Source of the DNA: Candidatus Poribacteria bacterium
GTDB taxonomy: Bacteria; Poribacteria; WGA-4E; UBA9662
Reading direction: 5' to 3'
DNA: 16,765 bases
NCBI GenBank assembly: GCA_046582655.1
Contig: JAYGDX010000297.1
Coordinates: 1 to 16,765, forward strand
This document shows positions 7,855-16,644 of this stretch, in pieces. The notes under the pieces were generated by a model that searched no databases, was not told where the DNA came from, and saw only the letters and a list, made by a program, of their open reading frames with translations. The translations under genes were made by a program, and so were the position numbers. Numbering within the stretch: the stretch's first letter is position 1; each line of letters starts with the position of its first letter.

Positions 7855-9213
7855 TCAAATAATTTCGAAGTACCGCTGCCGTTCCCAATCCGTAACAGCT
7901 TTTGAAAAATTGTCGTACTCCCACCGACGAGTCATTAAATAATGATCAACGAAATCGCTACCCAGAATCTCTCGAAATGTATCACTTTGGTCTAGCCGGT
8001 TGATTGCTTCTGATAAAGATTGGGGTAGCGATTCAAACCGGTTCTCATCTGCTTCGTAGGCGTTAGCAGTCAATGGATCTTCGGGATCAATCTGGTATCG
8101 AATTCCGTATAGTCCGGCCGCCAAGCTGGCAGCAATGGCAATATGCGGATGGGCATCTGATCCGGCCAGTCGATACTCAACTCGTGTTGATTTTGCGTCC
8201 TGTCCCGGAATCGCGCGGATGGCTGCTGTGCGGTTTTCAATTCCCCATGAGGCATTTACCGGTGCCCACGATCCAGGAACAATCCGCTTATACGAATTAA
8301 CTGTTGGGCAAATTAAGGCCATCATCTCCGGCATAAGCTGTTTCTGTCCACCGATGTAGTGTTTCATGGTATCAGACATGCCCAAAGAATCATCAGTATC
8401 CGAAAAGCAGTTCTTTTCTGCATCCAGATTCCATAAACTCTGATGTAAATGCCCGCTACAACCAGGATAATCCGGACTCCATTTGGCCATGAAGGTGGCA
8501 ACAAGCCCTTGCCTGGTACAAATCTCCTTTACCCCAGTTTTGAACAGTCCAGCTTTATCGGCAGACTTCAGTGCCATATCATACTTTATTGCTGTTTCAT
8601 AGGCACCGGGACCAGTTTCAGTGTGAATCCCTTCCAACGTAACATCGTATTCTGCCATTGAATCAACCACCGTATGAACAAATTCCGCCGCTGCTGAGGC
8701 TCGTAAAACACTATAACCAAATGCCCCCGGTGACATAGGGGTCAAGTTTTTGAATCCTTTTTCCATAAGCGAATCGGCTGTTTCTTTAAACAGAAAATAT
8801 TCGTATTCTACCGAGGCAAAGGGTTGAAACCCCATCTCATTTGCTTGGCCTATCACGGTTCGTAACAAGTGACGGGGACACAACGGAAACGGAGTTTCCT
8901 GATCGCAAAAGAAATCGAGTATAAAGAACGCGGTATCAGGTTCCCATGGAATCTGACGAAAGGTGCTAAGATCGATTTTTGCCAGTAGATCCGGATAGCC
9001 CTCACCTGTCAACTTAGCGGGCGTACCATAAAGTTCGTCATCAGAATCCCAATTAAAAACAACATCGCAGAAACCGAGTCCCTTTTCTGCCGCAGACAAG
9101 AATTTATCGACCGAAACATATTTCCCTCGCAGGACACCATCAATATCAAAACCACCGAGTTTTACTTTATGAATACCCTTTTCCCGAAAAGTACGTTTAA
9201 TCTGTTCTAACAT
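7855..9213 (-). CDS. Glutamine synthetase family protein, probably a gamma-glutamyl-amine ligase (PuuA/GlnA2-4-like)
   Basis: Motifs DIDGVLRGK, EYEYFLF, HTETGPGAYE, ATFMAKW, GCSGHLHQSLW, NSYKR, WGIENRTAAIR and RVEYRLAGSD. SD AGGAG upstream. Confidence 0.92.
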   Translation of the reverse strand: MLEQIKRTFREKGIHKVKLGGFDIDGVLRGKYVSVDKFLSAAEKGLGFCDVVFNWDSDDELYGTPAKLTGEGYPDLLAKIDLSTFRQIPWEPDTAFFILDFFCDQETPFPLCPRHLLRTVIGQANEMGFQPFASVEYEYFLFKETADSLMEKGFKNLTPMSPGAFGYSVLRASAAAEFVHTVVDSMAEYDVTLEGIHTETGPGAYETAIKYDMALKSADKAGLFKTGVKEICTRQGLVATFMAKWSPDYPGCSGHLHQSLWNLDAEKNCFSDTDDSLGMSDTMKHYIGGQKQLMPEMMALICPTVNSYKRIVPGSWAPVNASWGIENRTAAIRAIPGQDAKSTRVEYRLAGSDAHPHIAIAASLAAGLYGIRYQIDPEDPLTANAYEADENRFESLPQSLSEAINRLDQSDTFREILGSDFVDHYLMTRRWEYDNFSKAVTDWERQRYFEII

Positions 9214-9259
9214 CTGTTTCTCCTAACTCCACTTGCGTTTTGTTGTTAATTCAAAAAGG

Positions 9260-9391
9260 TCAAATAACCTCTTTTTTCACATCAGATAAACCCAATTGTG
9301 TCAAACTTTTCCGGAATTCAGTTGCAGGCAGGATCTCTGTGAAATCGTACTCATTAATTTTTTCGACACCAGTATCGTGCATTTCTGCCAC
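9260..9391 (-). CDS. Possible 43-aa small protein (MAEMHDTGVEKINEYDFTEILPATEFRKSLTQLGLSDVKKEVI)
   Basis: SD AAGGAG (9407-9402) is 10 nt before GTG at 9391, with TGA at 9262-9260. Co-oriented with both neighbours and fills the gap between them. Confidence 0.4.
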   Translation of the reverse strand: MAEMHDTGVEKINEYDFTEILPATEFRKSLTQLGLSDVKKEVI

Positions 9392-9433
9392 TAAGTTTCT
9401 GCTCCTTATCATCATAATTCTCAACACAACATT

Positions 9434-9769
9434 TCAGGAATAGTGTATTTGGCCGATATCACATAATTTGCCGTTATCAAATAGAATGCCTTCTTGTTTC
9501 AGCAGCATCTGTTTCCGAGTGATCTCTTCTCCATGAGTTTGACCAGCAAAACCACCTATTGACAAATCGGAAAGAATGACGCGATGACACGGAACCATTG
9601 GTGCGAAGGGATTACGTTTCAACGCTTGACCTACAGCTTGACTGGATTTGCAACGGACTTCTTTGGCTAACAACTTGTAAGTGGTAACTTTACCCTGTGG
9701 GATTCTTTTAACCGCAGCATAAACTTTTTCCTGAAAATCGGTAACTGTTTTTTTCTCTTTCTGCATCAT
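9434..9769 (-). CDS. Single-domain methylated-DNA--protein-cysteine methyltransferase (MGMT family)
   Basis: FQEKVY...IPQGKVTTY..LA, QAVGQALKRNP, active-site VPCHRV, IGGFAG and K..LL.QEG. Confidence 0.92.
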   Translation of the reverse strand: MMQKEKKTVTDFQEKVYAAVKRIPQGKVTTYKLLAKEVRCKSSQAVGQALKRNPFAPMVPCHRVILSDLSIGGFAGQTHGEEITRKQMLLKQEGILFDNGKLCDIGQIHYS

Positions 9770-9805
9770 ACTATTAGATTTCGTCCCAAGGAATCCCTAG
9801 TATCT

Positions 9806-10639
9806 TCACTTTTTCAGCAAGCGTTGCAGGTTTTTCCCCAAAATTAGTTCCATGTCACTCTCAGGAATGAACGTACAATGTTTCCGCACAACTTCTAAGG
9901 ACTGCTGATAGGTCATATGAAGTCTTACTGGGGGATAATCGGAAGCCCAGCACAAGCGTTCCGGCCCATAATGCTGATACAATTTTCTCACAATCCAGAG
10001 GGTATCCGAATATGGGAAATCCCACGACATTTGAGAAACATAGTGAAAACCCGAAAGTTTGATATAAATATTTGGAACTTCAGCCGATTTCAGAATCTCC
10101 TGCAAATTAGGATTCGGGGGATCTTCACCAGCTCGCGCTCCAGCCATATGATGGCACAGAAAATTAATCGTCGGGAAACGCCGTGCCAACTGACGCAATG
10201 CCGGATGCCATGCGGATCCCAATGCCAAGCTGCTGATCAGGTTTAATTCCGCTGTTTTCTCGAAAAACTTAATTCCTTCATCCGATTCAAACCAGTCATA
10301 ATCGTTACGCAAATAATGGGTATAGCCTTTAAGCTGATATTTCTCTGCTGCCTTGTGCAACCGATCTGCAGCACCCGATTGATGGTAGGTCTCGGTCCAT
10401 GAACAATCCACGTCTGCGAATTGGATCAACCGGCCTGGATATTTTTTGACGCATTCAGCACCATAATCGTTGTTGTCAGGATTGTGATCTATACGGGCAC
10501 AGACCAAAACCGCTTGATCGACGCCAATACGATCCATCTCCCATAGCAGTTGTTCGACCCTACCCCGACTTGTGTGATCTGGTACGGATGGTTGATAAGG
10601 CCAATATTCCCAAGCATGGGTGTGACAATCAATAATCAT
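9806..10639 (-). CDS. Amidohydrolase family protein (Amidohydro_2-like TIM-barrel metallohydrolase)
   Basis: MIIDCHTHAW metal motif, CHHMAG, PNIYIKLSG and RLCWASDYP. Start reassigned to ATG 10639, which follows SD AAGGAG. Confidence 0.9.
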   Translation of the reverse strand: MIIDCHTHAWEYWPYQPSVPDHTSRGRVEQLLWEMDRIGVDQAVLVCARIDHNPDNNDYGAECVKKYPGRLIQFADVDCSWTETYHQSGAADRLHKAAEKYQLKGYTHYLRNDYDWFESDEGIKFFEKTAELNLISSLALGSAWHPALRQLARRFPTINFLCHHMAGARAGEDPPNPNLQEILKSAEVPNIYIKLSGFHYVSQMSWDFPYSDTLWIVRKLYQHYGPERLCWASDYPPVRLHMTYQQSLEVVRKHCTFIPESDMELILGKNLQRLLKK

Positions 10640-10689
10640 GACTAACTCCTTAAATAACAACAGTCAAAATGGTATTAATCACTCATTTA

Positions 10690-11038
10690 ATGCGCGTAAG
10701 CCGAAACGATGTATGTAAGGATTCCGTTCCGATAAGCATAGATAGGAAAATCACCTACTGAGCATTCGATTGAATCTTACCACATAAACGGGAAAGTTCC
10801 AATCTGTTCAAATGGAGATGAGAAAACGGGATTTCAAACGGATAGCAATGTACATACAGAGCTTGTTTTAGAAAATAAGTATTTGCGCGAAATCACTTCA
10901 ATATTAACCGAACAATTGGATCAAGCCCGATTGGAGTTAAGGCACCTACGTCAACGCCGCTCATTCTGGAAAAGAGTAAAAGGAAGCTTTGCTAACAAAC
11001 ATGTTCGGACACACACTGATGTTGGCTATACAGGTTAA
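10690..11038 (+). pseudogene. Small coiled-coil protein with RRSFWKRV amphipathic segment; apparently frameshifted and absent from the ORF track
   Basis: Stop-free frame 10742-11038 encodes ...ELVLENKYLREITSILTEQLDQARLELRHLRQRRSFWKRVKG... Its TAA overlaps the stop of the convergent gene (TTAA, 11035-11038). ATG 10690 joins it if one A is removed from AAAA (10747-10750). Confidence 0.5.
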
Positions 11039-12957
11039 TGCCAAACACCATAAGTTGGCATTTCATAAACAATGCCGATAATGCTCCAAACGCAACCGAG
11101 CGTATAATCACCTAAAATGAGTCCCATAAAGGCGGGAACTGCTTTACGATACAGCCGGACGCCGCCCGTTTTTAAAATGATAAACTTTATCAGCCAACTA
11201 GTGAACACAGCGAACCAAGAACGGCCAAGTCCACCTCCGGTGGTCAGAACGTAACCACCTGGATGAAAAGGCCACCATAAGAACCTGACTTTCATAATCA
11301 TCAGAAAAACAGTAAAGAAAAAACCGGTTGCAATACCACCCATTTCGGCAGTATTCGGGTCACGCGGATGTACCAACCATGTCTGCAAGCGGTTGAACGT
11401 TTCCCACCCCATGTATCCGATCCAACCACGAGCTTTGTTAGTTGCCCCCAAGTCGTACATTACGTGAAGATAAATCCAAAATGTGAAAAAGATGCCGAAC
11501 ACAATTGCTACCGCAATGCCGATTAGCATTTGACGATAACCAATTCCGGTCCGTTCCGCGATTCGAAATGCTTCCAATTCACTAGGCATCGGATTAGCTC
11601 GAAAGCATCGATTGAGCGGATAAAGGTAGGTTAAGACTGTCAAGTTAGCTGGTCCCAAGAGACGTGTGCCGAGTGTAGTTACCAATGTACGCCCCGGATC
11701 GACATAAATCAGTGTATGCACCGGCGGTCCGATTTCAGCACGGGATCGTGTAATTGCAATAACCATGGGGAAATAAATCAGGAAAAAAAGCACAATTACC
11801 CACGATGACATGCCGGCGTAAAAACAGAATAACGTCAAAAATATCATGCCCACGATTGCAATTAAGAAAGCCAATTGATACTTTATCGGTTCTCTGGAAT
11901 CATCAATCAGCTGCTGACGGCTGAATATGTGATGGATGATCCGAAAATAGTATCTTCGTCCGATCCAGACCGAGGTTAATCCAAAGGCGACCCAAGCCCC
12001 AATTGACTGCTCAAAAGGGTAGACATTTTGCATGCCAACTGCACTACCGAGAATCCGTTGTAGTCGCCCCACTATATAAAAGAACCAGCATGAAAACGAT
12101 AGATCCAATGGCGTGAAAAACATCAATCCGATAATAAAAGGATAAAAGGATACCCGAAATGGTCCCATAGCGTTCCAAGGTTTGGTATTAAATCGAGCTA
12201 GCGTTTGGTTTTTAACGTTCAAGTATGGAATTGATGGATTGATATAATGCAGACCGTTTATTAAGGTGATACCTCCTGAAATGGCAAAACCCAGCCACAT
12301 CCATCGATTGGTGAAAAACTGCCGAGGCTGATAGGTCATGGCAATAGGCAGTTGGACGATGGGATAACTCAATTTTTCGTTCTCTGTCCACTGTTTCCGA
12401 AGCAAAACGCTGAGTGAAAGCAACACCATCCAGAGTGCGATAACAAATCCTGACCAGGCGATAACAGGTGGCAGCCAGGTACGAAGATGCAGAGGGAAAT
12501 ACAGACTGGATTCACCCTGAAAAAAACCACGTAGAACTTCACGGTCTTTGACAGCAAACCAGGATTGTACGTATGAACCGAACAATTGTTCCCATTCATT
12601 CTCAGCTGATGCAAACCAAAAAGCGTGCTCAATCGCAGGTAAAAGGTATCCCATCATGGTGTGACCACTGATTGTCGACACCATCACAACCATGGCATAA
12701 ACTGTGAGCAGGTCTGCCTGAGACATCACTAAACGTGGGCTAATTCGTTGTAGGACGAAGTTAACCAATGACAAAACTAACAGCGTAAAAACAGCGTTAA
12801 AAAATAATGAAGCAATTGTCAGTTGTGTTGAATGCCAAACTTCACTGCCCATAAGTATCCAATAGCTGTTGATTCCTACCAGAACCAAACCTATAGCCAG
12901 AACATGAAATCTTATTTTATACTGAGAGATTGGAGTCTCACGAATCTGCTTTGACAA
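11035..12957 (-). CDS. Polytopic membrane protein, DUF6785/DUF6784 family (putative transporter)
   Basis: 640 aa with many transmembrane segments. Motifs LRKQWTENEKLSYPIVQLP, TRSRAEIGPP, WWPFHPGGY and GGVRLYRKAVPAFMGLILGD. Confidence 0.8.
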   Translation of the reverse strand: MSKQIRETPISQYKIRFHVLAIGLVLVGINSYWILMGSEVWHSTQLTIASLFFNAVFTLLVLSLVNFVLQRISPRLVMSQADLLTVYAMVVMVSTISGHTMMGYLLPAIEHAFWFASAENEWEQLFGSYVQSWFAVKDREVLRGFFQGESSLYFPLHLRTWLPPVIAWSGFVIALWMVLLSLSVLLRKQWTENEKLSYPIVQLPIAMTYQPRQFFTNRWMWLGFAISGGITLINGLHYINPSIPYLNVKNQTLARFNTKPWNAMGPFRVSFYPFIIGLMFFTPLDLSFSCWFFYIVGRLQRILGSAVGMQNVYPFEQSIGAWVAFGLTSVWIGRRYYFRIIHHIFSRQQLIDDSREPIKYQLAFLIAIVGMIFLTLFCFYAGMSSWVIVLFFLIYFPMVIAITRSRAEIGPPVHTLIYVDPGRTLVTTLGTRLLGPANLTVLTYLYPLNRCFRANPMPSELEAFRIAERTGIGYRQMLIGIAVAIVFGIFFTFWIYLHVMYDLGATNKARGWIGYMGWETFNRLQTWLVHPRDPNTAEMGGIATGFFFTVFLMIMKVRFLWWPFHPGGYVLTTGGGLGRSWFAVFTSWLIKFIILKTGGVRLYRKAVPAFMGLILGDYTLGCVWSIIGIVYEMPTYGVWH

Positions 12958-12981
12958 ATTTACAGCCTATTTTGGATGTTT

Positions 12982-14760
12982 TTACTTTTTATCGGTATGT
13001 GCTAGCAGATATTCATTTGGAATCTGCCCATAATGTATCTTGTAAATTTTTAATCTCTCGTTGTAAACCAACTCCAAACCAGCAACTTCTCCAGAAAGCC
13101 ATTTCTCAAGTCTAGGCGTTTTCTTTTCCGGGATTAGATGGGTTACACCGTAAAAAATGGCGATTTCAATAATTTTCTTCAAATCAGCTAACGGGATTTG
13201 AATCGCCTTTTCCTCGGAATAGAAGTGAAGTTCCCAGGGGTTGCGAGTCATTGTAATGGAGTTTGGCGCGTTTGATCTTATCCATTTCCCTGCATCAATC
13301 CAAGCCTTGCCGGCATCGCCATAAGGCCAACTTGCTTTTTTCCTGGCACGATCGATAATTAAAAAATTGTGGCTGGAAATAACCGTCAGGAGTATAAGTG
13401 CTGTCAACACAACCGCGACCCTCCGGTAATTCAAACCGCGGTAGACTATACCAAAGAAAATGTAAAGGCTTGTCCATCCGGTTGCGATGACCAGTGGCAT
13501 TGCCGGAAAAGCAAGTCGGGATATCGGTCGCCAGCAGATTGCATGAAAACCATGCAGGAAAAGGAGAAGACACCATACGATCAAGAACTGCGGAATATGC
13601 CAGACTCGCAATATTTTGTTGATATCCTGATTGATCCGTTTGGATGTCTCAATCCCTTTCAAAACCCAAGAAGACTTATCTGGTCCAATCCGTTTCATAA
13701 CCTTGGGATATAAGACTAAGATTGACTTTACATTGAGTTGATATATGTAGGAAATAACAAACAAAATCAGACCTGTTGCGGATGCAATACCAATAGGATA
13801 GGTATGAATTTGTTTGTAGTCAAACTTGCCAACAGATCCGTTTATATCAATAAAGCTCCACCAAAGATACTGTTTCAAAAACTCTTGGCTTTTAATAATC
13901 ATACCGGAGATTCCCCAATCTTTAACTTTGGTAAAGAAGGACGGCAGGTTTTCACCGAGGTAAGGTTTATAAGTTCCTTCTTCCCATGGAAGGTATCCGA
14001 TATAGCCAACGGCAAATTGCTGCGTGCTGAAGATGGGGTTGCCAAAATGAATCAGATTCCTCAGAAACCAGGGTGAGATTACCAAAAATGCCAAGACCAG
14101 TCCCGTCACAAACTGTCGATCCCGCTGTTCGATCTGCTTAGTGAAACGCAAAATCAGGTAGAAGATAGCGTAGGCAGGAATTAGAATAAGTCCTGTTCCC
14201 TTGGCGTAATAGGCAAGTCCCATTGCTATCCCCATGGGATAGAAAAAACGCGGATTTTTTGTCCCTTTGAGTACCAGGAGTACTGTCGTGCAAACCATAA
14301 ACGCAAAGGTGATATCGGATAAGCAATAAAGCGAATGGCGAAAGAACTCAGGGTACAGCAAGATATGCAAACCCGCTGCTAACCCAACGATCCGGCTGCC
14401 ACTTAGCATTTCAGCTAAGGCATAGACAACAAAAGGAAAAAGTAAGCAGGATATGAAAATGGAGGGCATCTTAGCAGCAAAGGCATTCTTACCTAGAATC
14501 TTGAAAAAAGGTGCGATCAGGAAAGAATAAAGTGGCGGCCAATGGTCTTCGGGCCGGACAATTCGGGGGTCATATTTGAGAAAATACCAACTTACGTAAT
14601 CAACTTCCAGACCACGGCCTTTAATCAGGCTATCCGCCATTTCTGCATAACCTGAAGCATCGGCATGGCCGACATACTCAATCGGATAGACAATCTGTAT
14701 CTTTACTATGAATGCTGCCAATCCAGCAGTTAAGAGCAACCAGATGAAAAGTTTTTCCAT
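12982..14760 (-). CDS. GT-C superfamily (ArnT/PMT_2-like) membrane glycosyltransferase
   Basis: First TM helix followed by DASGYAEMADSL..GRGL, then HWPPLYSFL, LSD, GLAYYAK and SPWFLRNL..FGNP. Probable start is ATG 14760 (MEKLFIWLLL) rather than TTG 14823. Confidence 0.8.
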   Translation of the reverse strand: MEKLFIWLLLTAGLAAFIVKIQIVYPIEYVGHADASGYAEMADSLIKGRGLEVDYVSWYFLKYDPRIVRPEDHWPPLYSFLIAPFFKILGKNAFAAKMPSIFISCLLFPFVVYALAEMLSGSRIVGLAAGLHILLYPEFFRHSLYCLSDITFAFMVCTTVLLVLKGTKNPRFFYPMGIAMGLAYYAKGTGLILIPAYAIFYLILRFTKQIEQRDRQFVTGLVLAFLVISPWFLRNLIHFGNPIFSTQQFAVGYIGYLPWEEGTYKPYLGENLPSFFTKVKDWGISGMIIKSQEFLKQYLWWSFIDINGSVGKFDYKQIHTYPIGIASATGLILFVISYIYQLNVKSILVLYPKVMKRIGPDKSSWVLKGIETSKRINQDINKILRVWHIPQFLIVWCLLLFLHGFHAICWRPISRLAFPAMPLVIATGWTSLYIFFGIVYRGLNYRRVAVVLTALILLTVISSHNFLIIDRARKKASWPYGDAGKAWIDAGKWIRSNAPNSITMTRNPWELHFYSEEKAIQIPLADLKKIIEIAIFYGVTHLIPEKKTPRLEKWLSGEVAGLELVYNERLKIYKIHYGQIPNEYLLAHTDKK

Positions 14761-14896
14761 ACACTGTCCGTGAGAGTAGGAATGATAACCTAAATATTCT
14801 ATGAAACCAGCATCTGGTAACAAAACGATACGGCATTGATATTCAATGGGTCGCTATTATCACCTACAAATGGTATTATACGCTTGCTTTTTCGTT

Positions 14897-14914
14897 AAAT
14901 TGCACGTACAATTT
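14897..14914. promoter_or_regulatory. Near-perfect 18-bp palindrome in a divergent intergenic region; possible operator
   Basis: AAATTGCAC|GTACAATTT, with one mismatched pair. Confidence 0.35.
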
Positions 14915-14953
14915 CCATTGTCTTTTAAGTTTTACCGAAAGGGGGACTGTAAC

Positions 14954-15220
14954 ATGGCAGGCGTGGATATGACCCAAATGTCTGACGGAGTTTCAGGTCA
15001 AGAGACTACAGTACCAAATAAAGGCGAGCGAAACCAAAAGACAGAACAATCCCAGCAAACTCAGGAAGCAACGGCTAATGAAGAAGCAGAATCAACCTCG
15101 CAAACTGAAAATCAGAGTCAGGGTAACGAAACTCAGAAAGTCTCAAAGGTTGATGAAGGTGTTTCTGTAACTCAGAATGGCGTTAGTGGCGAAGGGCAAG
15201 TCATAGATGCCCAAGTTTAA
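14954..15220 (+). CDS. 88-aa low-complexity Q/E/T/S-rich protein with C-terminal GEGQVIDAQV motif
   Basis: SD-like AAGGGGG (14939-14945) precedes ATG 14954. The longer track start at 14846 adds a non-protein-like N-terminus. Confidence 0.7.
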   Translation: MAGVDMTQMSDGVSGQETTVPNKGERNQKTEQSQQTQEATANEEAESTSQTENQSQGNETQKVSKVDEGVSVTQNGVSGEGQVIDAQV

Positions 15221-15478
15221 ATCCAAATTGTCCGTACCAACTTGGTGATTCAATCCCCCCTATACATCTCATCGAAGATATAATGCCTCACCCAATTTTC
15301 AAACACTTAATAATTCCTGCCGAATTATCCTACAGTGCTTTAGGGTAAAGCTCTCCCATTTCCCAACGTAGAAACAATACAGATCACCATTATTCCAATC
15401 CTTCCCCCTTCTTCAGTCGCCAGCTTGAAGAGGAAGTTAGCTAAGATTTAATGAGTACTGTGTCAGAGATCATATTAA

Positions 15479-16554
15479 CTAACTATCCATAACGGTGCGA
15501 TTCAGGAACTGTCCAATTTCATCGATAGGCAAGATTTCTTCAGCTGCCCCCATTTCGATAGCTACCTTCGGCATTCCAAAGATGACAGAAGTTGCTTCGT
15601 CTTGTGCTATTGTTTTACTCCCATTTTTCCTCATTTCGGCTAGTCCTGTTGCACCATCCTCTCCCATTCCTGTCAGAATCACACCGATGCTGTTTGCATT
15701 ATAAACCTTTGCTACAGAGGAAAAAAGAACAGTAGCGGACGGGCGGTGTCCTCTAATTGGCAAGGCTTTGTTCAACCGGATCCTTCCACCGAAAACAACT
15801 ATCATGTGGAAATCATAGGGAGCAATGAGAACCACACCAGGCTGAATGTGGTCACTTGCTTCTGCTTCTTTTACTTTAATATTACTGTTTCTATCTAACC
15901 ATTCGACCAGCCCCAACGTAAATCCTTCTGAAATGTGTTGAACAACTACAATCCCACAAGGGAAATCAGCAGGGAGTTCACTCAACACCTTGTACAAAGC
16001 CTTAGGTCCTCCAGTCGAAGAACCAATAGCGACTACTTGAAACTCGGCTTTTACTGACGATGAGACATAATTTTGTGCAGTGGATGGTTCTGTCGAACGA
16101 GTTCGACGTTTCCCTCCCAAGTGAGTCACCACCGGAACTTGGGAAAGCAGCTTTACTTTCCTGACCAATTCACCGGCATCTTTGGCGGAAAACTGATCGA
16201 AACTGAGTTTTTCCATCGCGTCTAAGGTACCAAGGGACATAGCTCTAAAAGCGAGATCTACTTCCGATTTCACCAAACTACTCACGACCAGAATCGGTGT
16301 TGGCTGATGCGCCATAATATGCTCCGTGGCAGCTAAACCATCCATCACGGGCACATGAATATCCATTGTTATTAAGTCAGGCTTGAGTTGCGCGGTAAGA
16401 TCTATTGCTTCTCTTCCATCCTTGGCCGTACCGACGACGTCAATATCAGGATCACTATTCAAAAAATTCGAGATAATACCCCGAGCCACAGCACTATCAT
16501 CAACAACTAATACTTGGACACCCTCGGCAACCTTGTTCTTAAGGGAGATTTCAA
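15479..16554 (-). CDS. cheB: Chemotaxis protein-glutamate methylesterase CheB (REC + methylesterase); 5' end uncertain or frameshifted
   Basis: REC domain (VLVVDDS upstream of the track start, phospho-site DLITMDIHVPVMDG) and catalytic Ser/His/Asp motifs IGSSTGGP, VVQHI and LTGMGEDGA, plus HRPS and AQDEATSVIFGMP. The 16554 start is a proposed out-of-frame TTG. Confidence 0.93.
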
Positions 16555-16612
16555 AATCCGTTTTTCCTCACTTTCCAACTTGGTCAAAACCGGTATCGAA
16601 AATGTGGAACCC

Positions 16613-16644
16613 AAACCGCCGTACTTCCTACAATGCGGCGGTTT
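16613..16644. other. GC-rich hairpin upstream of cheB
   Basis: AAACCGCCGTA (16613-16623) pairs with TGCGGCGGTTT (16634-16644) around a 10-nt loop. Confidence 0.55.

Noticed and set aside
7855..9213. Calling the gene glnA
   Set aside because: It lacks the FDGSS ammonium-site motif and looks like a gamma-glutamyl-amine ligase paralog.
9434..9769. Alkyltransferase-like (ATL) protein, suggested by the short length
   Set aside because: It retains the catalytic Cys (PCHR) rather than PWHR, so it is an ordinary minimal MGMT.
14890..14945. Sigma54 or sigma28 promoter for the small protein
   Set aside because: TTGCACG lacks the invariant -24 GG and a -12 GC, and TAAG...CCGAAA has the wrong spacing for sigma28.
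15408..15433. Weak hairpin between the convergent small gene and cheB
   Set aside because: Short imperfect stem with no U tract on either strand, insufficient to call a terminator.
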